Assembly: GCA_043808365.1 (NCBI GenBank)
Contig: JAZDEZ010000001.1
Location: 1-56,894 of the forward strand
Direction of reading: 5' to 3'
Source of the DNA: Patescibacteria group bacterium
Lineage (GTDB): Bacteria; Patescibacteriota; Patescibacteriia; UBA10025; JAHIVO01
Length of the DNA: 56,894 nucleotides
Notes under the pieces: model-generated
What the model was told of the DNA's origin: nothing
Databases searched by the model: none
Seen by the model: the letters and a program-made list of their open reading frames with translations, nothing else
Position numbers and translations under genes: made by a program
Shown here: positions 33,186 to 42,494 of the stretch, piece by piece
Layout: the number at the start of each line of letters is the position of its first letter
Numbering within the stretch: position 1 is the stretch's first letter

Positions 33186-33863
33186 ATGCCAAAACTCTAC
33201 GTGGTCGCCACCCCAATCGGAAATCTGGAGGACATTACCCAGCGCGCCTTGCGCATCCTGGGTGAAGTTGATTTCATCGTGTGCGAGGACACGCGGCACA
33301 CGTTGGCCATGCTTAATCATTTCAATATCAAGAAATCGCTCATCAGTTACCACCAGCATTCTCAGGTGCAAAAGGTGGATCATATTATTGATTTGTTGAA
33401 ACAGGGCAAGAACATTGCGATGGTTTCTGACGCGGGAACACCGGGATTGTCAGATCCGGGAGGAGTGTTGGTGCAGGAGGTAATTAGGGAATTAGGGACC
33501 CAAGTGCAAATTGTGCCAATCCCAGGTTCGACAGCTTTAACTGCAATCATTTCAATAGCCGGTGTTCCGACTGACCGGTTTTTATTCCTGGGTTTCTTGC
33601 CCCACAAGAAAGGCAGGCAGACATTATTTCAGGAGATAAAGAATTCCGAACGCACGGTGATTTTTTATGAATCAACGCATCGAATTATAAAAACTCTGAC
33701 AAGTTTGGCTGAAATACTGGAGCCCGAACGTAGGGTAGTGGTTGGCCGAGAATTAACAAAGAAGTTTGAAACCATCTACCGTGGTTCAGCGCAGGAAGTT
33801 TTGAAGCAGCTGGAAACAGGGGAGACGAGAGGAGAGTTTGTGGTGGTTGTAGCGGGGAAATGA
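33186..33863 (+). CDS. rsmI: 16S rRNA (cytidine1402-2'-O)-methyltransferase
   Basis: LYVVATPIGNLEDITQRALRILGEVDFIVCEDTRHT and SDAGTPGLSDPG blocks. Confidence 0.9.
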   Translation: MPKLYVVATPIGNLEDITQRALRILGEVDFIVCEDTRHTLAMLNHFNIKKSLISYHQHSQVQKVDHIIDLLKQGKNIAMVSDAGTPGLSDPGGVLVQEVIRELGTQVQIVPIPGSTALTAIISIAGVPTDRFLFLGFLPHKKGRQTLFQEIKNSERTVIFYESTHRIIKTLTSLAEILEPERRVVVGRELTKKFETIYRGSAQEVLKQLETGETRGEFVVVVAGK

Positions 33864-33947
33864 GGGTGAGGGTGGGAAGTGAGTCGGGAAGAGGGAAGTT
33901 GGGTATTAGATGTTGGAGGTTGGATAGGATGGTGGAAGTTGGCCGTT
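33864..33947 (+). repeat. Purine/T-rich heptamer-periodic tract
   Basis: ...ttgggta ttagatg ttggagg ttggata ggatggt ggaagtt ggccgtt; shares the GGAAGTT unit with 29661-29709. Confidence 0.45.
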
Positions 33948-34015
33948 AGTTTCGAAAGTGAGAAGGTAATGATGAGCGCTGGGAATTTATTAGAAGTTAA
34001 TGACATTTTTCCTTC

Positions 34016-34807
34016 ATGAAGAAAATTGCATTAATTACTCGTACAAAAATAAATGAATTATCAGAGTGCCTTGTTTTTACACGGAAGTGTCTTAGTGAAT
34101 TTAAAATAAAACAGGGATATATTTGCGTTACTGGATTAATTACTGCTAGTCCTACTATTTCATCTAGTGATGGAGAAATACAATATCTATATACTAGGTC
34201 AGAAGGACCATCTGCTGTATTAAATGAAGTAATTAATAAAATCGGTAACAAATTTGATTATTTTATCATATCGAAAGAAGTTAAAATTAAAAAAGCTGAC
34301 TTTCAAAAGATGCGCGAAATTATTAATCGGAAGAATCATAAGGTTTTAGTTATTGGATATAAATTACAGGATAAAATTAAAGAAACTGGAGAAGAAATTA
34401 CAGAAAAGAAGGATCAAAAAGGTATCGCCTTTAAGGTTCCTTGGAATACTTGTGCATTATGGAATTCAAAATTATTTACTACCTATGTGGAAAAATTTGA
34501 TGAAATTTGTGATGGGAAGTTGGGAGAGATTGTGTTATCACAATTTAGGCCACCTCGGATTACTAAAATTGAAGGTATGGAGGATGGCTTAGGAATTGCG
34601 AAAGTCGCAAATATTCCCAAGAGTTTAGGCGTAAAAGTAATATTAATTGATAAATATCTCGATTGGGTATTTAGCCAGGAAAAGCCTGATCGTATTTGGA
34701 AACAAGAGACTAAGATGGCTAGGAAATCAATAGTATTAAGTGAACTGATGAGAATACGGAATTATTGCGAAGGGAAATTGAGAAATTTATTAGCAGTAGT
34801 TAAATAA
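34016..34807 (+). CDS. Hypothetical protein encoded by a markedly AT-rich gene
   Basis: 263-aa ORF, K/I/N-rich; composition clearly differs from both neighbours. Confidence 0.65.
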   Translation: MKKIALITRTKINELSECLVFTRKCLSEFKIKQGYICVTGLITASPTISSSDGEIQYLYTRSEGPSAVLNEVINKIGNKFDYFIISKEVKIKKADFQKMREIINRKNHKVLVIGYKLQDKIKETGEEITEKKDQKGIAFKVPWNTCALWNSKLFTTYVEKFDEICDGKLGEIVLSQFRPPRITKIEGMEDGLGIAKVANIPKSLGVKVILIDKYLDWVFSQEKPDRIWKQETKMARKSIVLSELMRIRNYCEGKLRNLLAVVK

Positions 34808-34850
34808 ATGCACATCGGCAAAGTACATTATTTCATGAAGTAATAAAAAA

Positions 34851-34882
34851 CCCCCGGTACAGAAGTCCGGGGCGGTTTTTTT
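34851..34882 (+). terminator. Intrinsic terminator
   Basis: CCCCGG tacagaagt CCGGGG, then CGGTTTTTTT. Confidence 0.6.
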
Positions 34883-34955
34883 ATCGTTTCAATTGACGGT
34901 GTACGTGCATAGTCATATACTGACTGTAGATAACCTCCCCAGAAAGGGAGGTTTT

Positions 34956-35258
34956 ATGCACAAGACGTATTGCGTATACATAATGACTAATAGGGGAAAC
35001 GTGGTGCTGTATACCGGTGTTACCGGTAATTTGGTAGGGCGGGTGTTGCAGCATAAACAGCGACTCGTACCGGGTTTTACCAGCCGGTACCGCGCGTGCA
35101 AGCTGGTATATTTTGAAGAGTATCAGTATGTGAATGACGCTATTACGAGGGAGAAGCGAATAAAGAACTGGCATCGTCAATGGAAGATCAACCTGATAAC
35201 GAAGAATAATCCGAAGTGGGAAGACTTGGCGGCGGGTTGGCATGAGACCCTGAAATAA
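34956..35258 (+). CDS. GIY-YIG nuclease family protein (UPF0213-like), paralog 1
   Basis: YCVYIMTNRGNVVLYTGVTGNLVGRVLQHK...REKRIKNWHRQWKINL; GGGAGG upstream of the ATG at 34956. Confidence 0.85.
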   Translation: MHKTYCVYIMTNRGNVVLYTGVTGNLVGRVLQHKQRLVPGFTSRYRACKLVYFEEYQYVNDAITREKRIKNWHRQWKINLITKNNPKWEDLAAGWHETLK

Positions 35259-35306
35259 ATTCAGGGTGACAAGGGGGATATAGTAATAGATGCTTTTAAT
35301 TTTGTC

Positions 35307-35327
35307 ATGCTGAACTTGTTTCAGCAT
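35307..35327. repeat. 21-nt hairpin ATGCTGAA-cttgt-TTCAGCAT
   Basis: 8-bp stem, 5-nt loop; same element at 43702-43722 and 43766-43786 with compensatory stem changes. Confidence 0.65.
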
Positions 35328-35392
35328 CTTGAAGTTCCTGTACATTGGGTCTCCTCGCCATGACAAAGATTTGATGGAGATTGCATGGTAAT

Positions 35393-35420
35393 AAAAAACC
35401 CCGGTACGGATGTACCGAGG
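35393..35420 (-). terminator. Intrinsic terminator of purL
   Basis: On the minus strand CGGTAC atcc GTACCG, then GGGGTTTTTT. Confidence 0.65.
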
Positions 35421-35446
35421 TAGTATTGAGATAAGAACAAATCCTC

Positions 35447-38400
35447 CTATTGATTTTGCATACACCAGGTGTATGCGTTCTGGAAGAGCCGGAGCCAGGG
35501 ACTGGCCTGAAGGTTTTTCCAGTCTTCCGGTTGCCATGGCCATTGCCAGTTCAGGAACGCGCGTTCCGGATGCGGCATCATAGCCAGGTGCCGGCCGTCG
35601 GGCGAACAAAGAGCGGTGACACCGCCGGGGCTGCCGTTCGGGTTGAACGGGTAGCGTTCATTCATCCCGCCATCGGGATCCGTGAAACAGATCGGTATCA
35701 GGCCGATAAGGTTCCTGAGATACGGATCTGACGGTACGTGCAGTCGTCCTTCGCCGTGCGCCACCCAGATGCCGAGTGTCGAGCCGGCCATGCCTTTCAG
35801 CATGATGGCAGGACTGCTCATTATGGTGACAGTCGAGAACCGCGATTCGAACCGGCCTGATACATTTCTGATGAAACGCGGTTGGAGCGCAGGATCAGTG
35901 ATAGTACCGGGCACCCAGCCGAGCATGGCCATGAGCTGGCACCCGTTGCAGACGCCGAGGGAGAAGGTGTCCGGCCGGTTCCTGAACTGTTCGAACATCT
36001 CTGCCAGGCGTTCGTTGAAGCAGATGACGCCGGCCCAGCCCTTGCCCGCATCGAGCACGTCGGCGAATGAGAACCCACCAACAAACGCCACACCACGGAA
36101 ATTGTCCAGGGTAGCTCGTCCTTCGAGAAGGTCCGTCATAGTGACATCGAATGTCTCGAAGCCGGCCAGGTAAAAGGCCGCGTTCATTTCCCGGTCGCCA
36201 TTACTGCCGCGCTCGCGGATAATGGCTACCTTCGGTTTGTGGGCATTCATTATCACGCATTCAGAGGTCGGTTCAGGCGAAAAGGTCAGGTCGTACGGCG
36301 GCGGCTCGATCAGATCTCGGATGTTGGCGGCTTCTTCTGCCACACAGTCTGGATTAGCCTGCAGACGGTCGATCTGACTGGACGTCTCCTCCCAAACCGC
36401 GCGCAGGTCGACCATCGGAGCATCGAGGACGATATCGTCGTTGAAATGGACTGTAACGCCCAGTTCATCAGTTGCCCACCCTAGATGTTCGTATGGGACA
36501 TGGTGGATATCCAATATTGTCCTGACCGCGTCGCCATCCGCACAGGCAATAACCAGCCCAGCTTCTTGATTGAATAGGAAGGAGAGCGGGTCATGCTCAG
36601 ACTGGATGGACAGGCAGATGCCGAGATTACCGGCAAAGGCCATTTCCAGGACGGTGGTAATGAGCCCACCGTCGCTTTTGTCATGTACTGATGCGATCAT
36701 TCCTTCTTTGACCAGTGACTGGATGGCACTGAATGCGCTGTGGAGCATCTGGGCATGTTCCAGGTCTGGACAATCGTCGCCGACCTGTCCGTATACCTGG
36801 GCCAGGGCCGATCCGCCAAGACGACATTTGTCTTTTGCCAGATCGATGAATAGGAGTTCATGGCCAGCTCGTTTCAGGTCAGGCGTTACCTTCATGGTAA
36901 TGTCATCCATAAACGCGTAGGCGGCCAATACTAGTTCACCGGGCGCTTTGATGACGTGCTGGCAACCGTCAGGACCGATGGACTTGGCGGCCATGGACAG
37001 TGAATCCTTACCACCATCAATTGCGATATGCAGTTCGAGCAGTATATCGCGGAGTGCGCAGGCAGCGTCATACAGCCACGCGCCTTCGCCCGGTTCCTTG
37101 GCAGCCAGCATCCAGTTGGCGGACATTCTGATATCCTGCCATACGGAGACTTTGGCACCAGCCAGATTCAGTATCATTTCCGTCACGGCCATGCGGGACA
37201 TGGCCGAGGGAGAGATTAGTCCGATCATGGGTTGCTCGCCGAGGCTTTTCGCCGTTCCGGTCAGGCCGAAATAGCTGTGGGCTTCGACGGCATAATCGCA
37301 CAGGGTGATCTGGTTCGGGCCGACGCACTGCTGCTGAGCTACCAGGCCGGTCACGCTCCTGTCCACTTTCGTGGTCAGAAAACGTTTGGACCCGACAGAC
37401 AGAAGTCGCAGTACGCGGTCAAGCGCATCATGAACGGTTAATCCTTCCGGCAATTTCAACGGTACGCGTTTCGGTTGCCAGGGCTCGAGATGGAACGTCT
37501 TCTGCGGCAGCTGGCCGAGAATACGGTCAAGTGGTAGGTTCACCGGCGTCGTCCCGTCGTTGTCATCGTGGAGTATCAGGTAACCGTCGCCGGTCACCTG
37601 GCCTACGATGGCGCAAGGCACGTCCTCGCGTTTGCAAATGGCGATGATCATGTCGATGTGCTCGGGCCAGACCAGGAACGCATTGCGCTCCTGGGACTCG
37701 TTGCCCCAGATTTCGAGCGTCGAGAGCGTCTGGTCTCCCACAGGCAGGGCACGGAGTTTGATTACCGCGCCAGCCGGTTCGACCAGTTCAGTCAGGGCAT
37801 TGCAGTCGCCGCCAGCACCGAGATCGTGGATGGTGATGATGGGATTGTCGTCTCCCATTTCCACGCACGCCCGGACCACGCGGTTCATCCGCTGTTCCAT
37901 TTGCGGGGCGCCGCGCTGAACCGCGTTGAAATCCAGTTCAGCCGCGTTGTCGCCCTGGATCATGGAACTGGCTGCGCCACCGCCCATGCCGATGCGGTAG
38001 GCGGGGCCGCCGATTTGGACGATCAGCATGCCCTTCGCCGACTTTCCTTTCTTCGTATGGCGGTCGTCGATCAGGCCGGTGCCGACAGAGTACATGATCG
38101 GTTTGTACCAACCTCTGCGCTCATCGGGCAGATCAATTCCGCACGAACGTACGAAACCATAGATGACCGGTTCACCGAAACAGTTGCCGTAGTCGGATGC
38201 GCCGTTTGATGCCTGGATCAGGATGTCGATCGGCGAGGCTAGGTTCGCGGGATGGCGCCAGCCATCCTGTTCCCATGGCAGATCGTAGCCGGGGATAAGC
38301 AGGTTGTCGACACAATAGGCAGCGCCGGCAGTGACGACCAATCCACCGCGGCCGACTGCTTGATTGTCGCGGATGCGGCCGCCGGTACCGGTGGCCGCGC

Positions 38401-39286
38401 CGGGATAAGGTGCGACGCCGGAAGGGAAGTTATGCGTTTCTGCGGTCAGGGTCGGATGGAGCGTGTAGTTTTCAACAGTAAATCTGCAAGGATGACCGGG
38501 AAAGATTGGTACTAGGACTTGGATTTCATCTCCTTTGACGGCAGAGCTGTCGTCGCAAAAGGCGATGATTGAATTGCCTGGATGTTTTCGCCATGGATCT
38601 TTGACGATGTTCATCAACGTTTCCGGAAGCGGTTGCCCGTTAATGACCAGTCGGCCATTGAAAAATCCGTGTCTCGAATGCTCGGAATTCGCCTGGCCGA
38701 GCTGGAATGGCTCCACGTCGGTTGAGTTGCGCTTCAGATAGTTCATGAATAGGTCATAGTTCATGTCTATGTCCTGCTCATCCATGCCCAGGCCCAGCCG
38801 TTTGTTGGTGGCCCGGAGCGCGTCCTTACCCTCTTCGATCAGGGGGATGACGTGCACCGGCTCCACGGCCTTGACGAGTGCGAAACTGTCAGGTTGGACA
38901 GAATAGCGCATCTCGGTCATCCGGTCGTGGTGTGCGGCCAGGAATTCATCAGCCTGTTGCGCGGTGATGAGTCGGGTAAAACCGTATCGCCGAGAGCGTT
39001 CCAGGCGGACGATTTTATTCAGGCCACAGGCGTGGCAGATTGATACGGCGGTGGTTGACCAGGCCGTCTCAAAATTCGGCCGCGGGCCGATCTCAATGAT
39101 GCTCGGGCAGTCCGATAAAAAAGACTCAAGATTGAGTCCATCTGGATCGAATGTCTCGCCGAGAAGCCAACGCAAGCGTTGGAACTCACTAACGGTAAGT
39201 CCGGCAGTGAGCACGATGTAGTAACACCATTCGGCCAGCAGTCCTGAAGGAGTGTCGGGAATCGGTGTACGGTAAAATCGAAGCAT
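35447..39286 (-). CDS. purL: Phosphoribosylformylglycinamidine synthase, single-chain large type
   Basis: 1279 aa; QANSEHSRHGFFNG, glutaminase nucleophile GVCNGCQLM and VAHGEGR catalytic His/Glu block are all present. Confidence 0.95.
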   Translation of the reverse strand: MLRFYRTPIPDTPSGLLAEWCYYIVLTAGLTVSEFQRLRWLLGETFDPDGLNLESFLSDCPSIIEIGPRPNFETAWSTTAVSICHACGLNKIVRLERSRRYGFTRLITAQQADEFLAAHHDRMTEMRYSVQPDSFALVKAVEPVHVIPLIEEGKDALRATNKRLGLGMDEQDIDMNYDLFMNYLKRNSTDVEPFQLGQANSEHSRHGFFNGRLVINGQPLPETLMNIVKDPWRKHPGNSIIAFCDDSSAVKGDEIQVLVPIFPGHPCRFTVENYTLHPTLTAETHNFPSGVAPYPGAATGTGGRIRDNQAVGRGGLVVTAGAAYCVDNLLIPGYDLPWEQDGWRHPANLASPIDILIQASNGASDYGNCFGEPVIYGFVRSCGIDLPDERRGWYKPIMYSVGTGLIDDRHTKKGKSAKGMLIVQIGGPAYRIGMGGGAASSMIQGDNAAELDFNAVQRGAPQMEQRMNRVVRACVEMGDDNPIITIHDLGAGGDCNALTELVEPAGAVIKLRALPVGDQTLSTLEIWGNESQERNAFLVWPEHIDMIIAICKREDVPCAIVGQVTGDGYLILHDDNDGTTPVNLPLDRILGQLPQKTFHLEPWQPKRVPLKLPEGLTVHDALDRVLRLLSVGSKRFLTTKVDRSVTGLVAQQQCVGPNQITLCDYAVEAHSYFGLTGTAKSLGEQPMIGLISPSAMSRMAVTEMILNLAGAKVSVWQDIRMSANWMLAAKEPGEGAWLYDAACALRDILLELHIAIDGGKDSLSMAAKSIGPDGCQHVIKAPGELVLAAYAFMDDITMKVTPDLKRAGHELLFIDLAKDKCRLGGSALAQVYGQVGDDCPDLEHAQMLHSAFSAIQSLVKEGMIASVHDKSDGGLITTVLEMAFAGNLGICLSIQSEHDPLSFLFNQEAGLVIACADGDAVRTILDIHHVPYEHLGWATDELGVTVHFNDDIVLDAPMVDLRAVWEETSSQIDRLQANPDCVAEEAANIRDLIEPPPYDLTFSPEPTSECVIMNAHKPKVAIIRERGSNGDREMNAAFYLAGFETFDVTMTDLLEGRATLDNFRGVAFVGGFSFADVLDAGKGWAGVICFNERLAEMFEQFRNRPDTFSLGVCNGCQLMAMLGWVPGTITDPALQPRFIRNVSGRFESRFSTVTIMSSPAIMLKGMAGSTLGIWVAHGEGRLHVPSDPYLRNLIGLIPICFTDPDGGMNERYPFNPNGSPGGVTALCSPDGRHLAMMPHPERAFLNWQWPWQPEDWKNLQASPWLRLFQNAYTWCMQNQ

Positions 39287-39424
39287 TGGAATCCTCCAAT
39301 TCTTGTTATTAAATTGCTATTTTTGTTATTATTTAGTCGGTAATCTTAACACTTGCGCTGATATACTGTCAAACCCGGATTTTTGTTTGTTTTTATGGCG
39401 TTTTTAGGTTATAATTCAATAACT

Positions 39425-40858
39425 ATGTCCAAGAAATTCTATATAACTACGCCAATTTATTACGTCAACGACAAGCCGCATATCGGCCATGCGTATACGA
39501 CCATCGCGGCTGATGTTTTAGCGCGCTATCACCGGCAAAAAGGGGATGACGTTTTCTTTTTGACCGGCACGGATGAGCACGGCGCCAAGGTGGCCGAGAG
39601 CGCGCAAAAAGCGGGACTTCCGCCGCAAGTATTTTGCGACCAGAACAGCGCCCTGTTCAAGGATGCGTTTAAAACTTTGGATATTTCCTTTGACCAGTTC
39701 ATCCGCACGACTGACAAGCGCCACGAGCTGGCAGTACGGAAGTTCTTGCAGAAAATTTACGATCACGAAGATATATATGAAGGCGTGTATGAGGGGCTGT
39801 ACTGCGTCGGATGTGAAAAGTTCTTGACGGAGAAAGAGCTGGTTGACGGCAAGTGCCCGGACCATAAGGTAGCGCCTCAGCACCTGAAGGAAAAAAATTA
39901 TTTTTTCAAGCTGAAGAAGTACCTGCCGAAAATCCAGGAGTTGATCACGGAAGATATCATCCGCATCCTGCCAGTTAATAAGAAAAATGAAGTGCTGGGA
40001 TTGTTCAAACAGGGTTTGGAGGATTTTTCCGTTTCACGCGAAAAAGTGACCTGGGGCATCCCATTGCCATTCGATAAAAAGCAAAATACTTACGTGTGGG
40101 TAGATGCTTTGCAAAATTACATTTCCGCAGTCGGTTACGGTGATGACGACGAGTCGTTCAATAAATGGTGGCCGGCAGATGTCCATCTGATGGCCCGTGA
40201 AATAATCAAGTTCCATGCCATCTACTGGCCAGCGTTATTATTGGCGGCCGGATTAGAAGTGCCGAAAATAATTTACGCCCACGGCTTTTTTTCATTAGAC
40301 GGGAAGAAGATGTCCAAATCCCTTGGTAATGTCATTGATCCAAACGACTTGGTGAAAAAGTTCGGCGTGGACGCGACGCGGTATTTGCTGTTGACGCAAT
40401 TTCCGTTCGGCCAGGACGGGGACATCAAAGAATCGCTTTTCGCGGAAAAATACAATGCCGACCTGGCCAACAACCTCGGCAACTTGGTCAGCCGCGTGCT
40501 GAACATGGTGGAAAAATATTGTGATGGCCGGGTTGACCGCGAAGTGGCTTCGCCGATTTTATTGGACGGCATTGGCCAATCAATTGAGGCGCTCCGGTTT
40601 GAACAAGCTTTAAAACAAGTGCGTGAAGCGTTGACGTCGGCGAATCTGCTTATTGACCATGCCAAGCCGTGGGACATGGCAAAAGATGCGGAAAAAAAGA
40701 AGGAACTCGACAAATTATTATTTGGCTTAGTCTCCTTTTTGTATGATATAGCATCAGCATTATTACCCTTCATACCCTCGACGGCTGAAAAAATTATGGG
40801 TAATCTGGCCGCTGAAAAAATTACGAAAGGCGAGCCGTTATTTAAAAGAATTACATAA
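39425..40858 (+). CDS. metG: Methionyl-tRNA synthetase (short form)
   Basis: PHIGHAYT (HIGH), KMSKSLGN, zinc knuckle CVGCEKF...CPDH. Confidence 0.95.
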   Translation: MSKKFYITTPIYYVNDKPHIGHAYTTIAADVLARYHRQKGDDVFFLTGTDEHGAKVAESAQKAGLPPQVFCDQNSALFKDAFKTLDISFDQFIRTTDKRHELAVRKFLQKIYDHEDIYEGVYEGLYCVGCEKFLTEKELVDGKCPDHKVAPQHLKEKNYFFKLKKYLPKIQELITEDIIRILPVNKKNEVLGLFKQGLEDFSVSREKVTWGIPLPFDKKQNTYVWVDALQNYISAVGYGDDDESFNKWWPADVHLMAREIIKFHAIYWPALLLAAGLEVPKIIYAHGFFSLDGKKMSKSLGNVIDPNDLVKKFGVDATRYLLLTQFPFGQDGDIKESLFAEKYNADLANNLGNLVSRVLNMVEKYCDGRVDREVASPILLDGIGQSIEALRFEQALKQVREALTSANLLIDHAKPWDMAKDAEKKKELDKLLFGLVSFLYDIASALLPFIPSTAEKIMGNLAAEKITKGEPLFKRIT

Positions 40859-40868
40859 TTATATAAAT

Positions 40869-41387
40869 ATGGGCACACTTACCATTATCCTTCTCATTAT
40901 TTTCTTCGGCTTCATCGTCGCCGGATTTTTTTTCGGACTGATCCACACCATCGGCGCAGTGCTAGGCGCAGTGGCCGGCGTATGGATTGCCAGCCATTTT
41001 TACGAGCAGATATCGCCATTTATCCAGTTTTTCATGATCAAGGGTCCCGTGGCTGACGTGATCGCGTTCATTGCCATTTTACTGGTAGTCAGCCGGCTGA
41101 TCGGATTCATGGTGCACATGCTTGATCAGGGGTTCAAGATTATCTCCATCGTTCCGTTCGCGTCATCCATCAATCGTCTGGGCGGCGCGTTATTTGGTTT
41201 TATTGAGGCGGCGTTCGTCATCGGGACGATATTGTATGTGACGAGCCAGTTTAACGTATCACCGGCAGTCACGGATGCCATCAATAACGCGCCATTTGCC
41301 GGATTGCTGATGACCATCGCTCAAGTATTACTGCCATTGATTCCGGCCGCATTGAAAACCGAGCCGTTGGACGTGATAAACCTGTAA
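40869..41387 (+). CDS. cvpA: CvpA family membrane protein
   Basis: 172 aa, four TM helices with the typical N-terminal layout of colicin V production protein homologs. Confidence 0.65.
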   Translation: MGTLTIILLIIFFGFIVAGFFFGLIHTIGAVLGAVAGVWIASHFYEQISPFIQFFMIKGPVADVIAFIAILLVVSRLIGFMVHMLDQGFKIISIVPFASSINRLGGALFGFIEAAFVIGTILYVTSQFNVSPAVTDAINNAPFAGLLMTIAQVLLPLIPAALKTEPLDVINL

Positions 41388-41497
41388 TCATATTATGGCA
41401 CTTAACCTCATCGACCCCGTCATCCGACGGGGCGAGACGAGCCAGTAAGAGAATCAATTGTATATAATGCAATGTTCTATAATTGTGGAATTTTTTT

Positions 41498-42325
41498 ATG
41501 ATGTTAATTGATACGCATGCCCACCTGGATTTTGGCGAATATATCGAAGACCAGCCTGACGTCATTCGTCGGGCGGTGGCGGCTGGCGTAAAAAAAATAA
41601 TAACTGTCGGCTGTGATGCCGGGCATTTTTTATCTTCCCTGGAATTAGCAAGGGAAAACCCGGAAATATATGCGGCCATCGGGTACCATCCGCATGAAGC
41701 CGTCAGTATGATGTCCCATGACAGCACGGTCATCGAGAAAAATATTAGGGAGGCGATGGCATTGTTGGAAGAACGTGTCCGGAGCACGAAACTCGTGGCT
41801 ATCGGCGAAATTGGACTTGATTATTATCGACTGGCGCCGGTCGGGCACCAGGATCATATAACCGTGAAAAATGTGCAGACGATGTTATTTGCCGAGCAAT
41901 GCAATCTGGCTGTAAAAAACGGTTTGCCGGTCATTATCCATTGTCGCGAGGCTTATGATGATGTTTTTTCCGTTTTGTCGTCATTGCCGAAGGAACGGAT
42001 CAGGGGAGTCATCCATTGTTTTGAGGGAGGCTGGGCTGACGCACAAAAATTTCTGTCATTAGGTTTCAAGATTTCTTTTACCGGCAATCTGACTTATGAG
42101 CGCGCGTCGGATACGATTGAGGCGGCCAGGCTGATACCGGCGGCTGACCTGATGGTAGAAACTGATTGCCCGTACCTGACGCCGGTGCCGTTGCGCGGCC
42201 AGCGGAATGAGCCCGCGTACGTAGAATACGTTTGCCGGCGTCTGGCGGAGATACGAGAGGTGACGCCAGAAGAGATGGCTGACCAAACGACGCGGAATGC
42301 CGTAGATTTTTTTAAACTCACCTAA
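41498..42325 (+). CDS. tatD: TatD family metal-dependent hydrolase, copy 1
   Basis: IDTHAHLDF, IGEIGLDY, IIHCREA and ETDCPYLTPVPLRGQRNEP. Confidence 0.9.
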   Translation: MMLIDTHAHLDFGEYIEDQPDVIRRAVAAGVKKIITVGCDAGHFLSSLELARENPEIYAAIGYHPHEAVSMMSHDSTVIEKNIREAMALLEERVRSTKLVAIGEIGLDYYRLAPVGHQDHITVKNVQTMLFAEQCNLAVKNGLPVIIHCREAYDDVFSVLSSLPKERIRGVIHCFEGGWADAQKFLSLGFKISFTGNLTYERASDTIEAARLIPAADLMVETDCPYLTPVPLRGQRNEPAYVEYVCRRLAEIREVTPEEMADQTTRNAVDFFKLT

Positions 42326-42494
42326 ACGTATGTTGATTGATCCCGCGCCACTCACACAACGCCCGTGGATGCGGGGCAAGACCCCGTATCAAGTTCCTCT
42401 TCGTCAAGCTCAGAGTAACTATTACGGGGCAAGACGAGCCAGTAATTTGCGATAGTGCGTTTAAAGTGATATCCATTTATAAGACCTTATTACT

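Noticed and set aside
35682-38741. Several long plus-strand ORFs (e.g. 37568-38209 at 213 aa, 35682-36173 at 163 aa) antisense to purL
   Set aside because: These are typical stop-poor antisense frames of a GC-rich gene. Their composition is Ala/Arg/Gly-rich with no motifs, and purL on the minus strand is unambiguous.
35447-39286. purL as a catalytically dead FGARAT-like decoy (as in herpesvirus tegument proteins)
   Set aside because: The ATP-site and glutaminase catalytic residues I can recognise are all intact, so an ordinary enzyme is the simpler reading.
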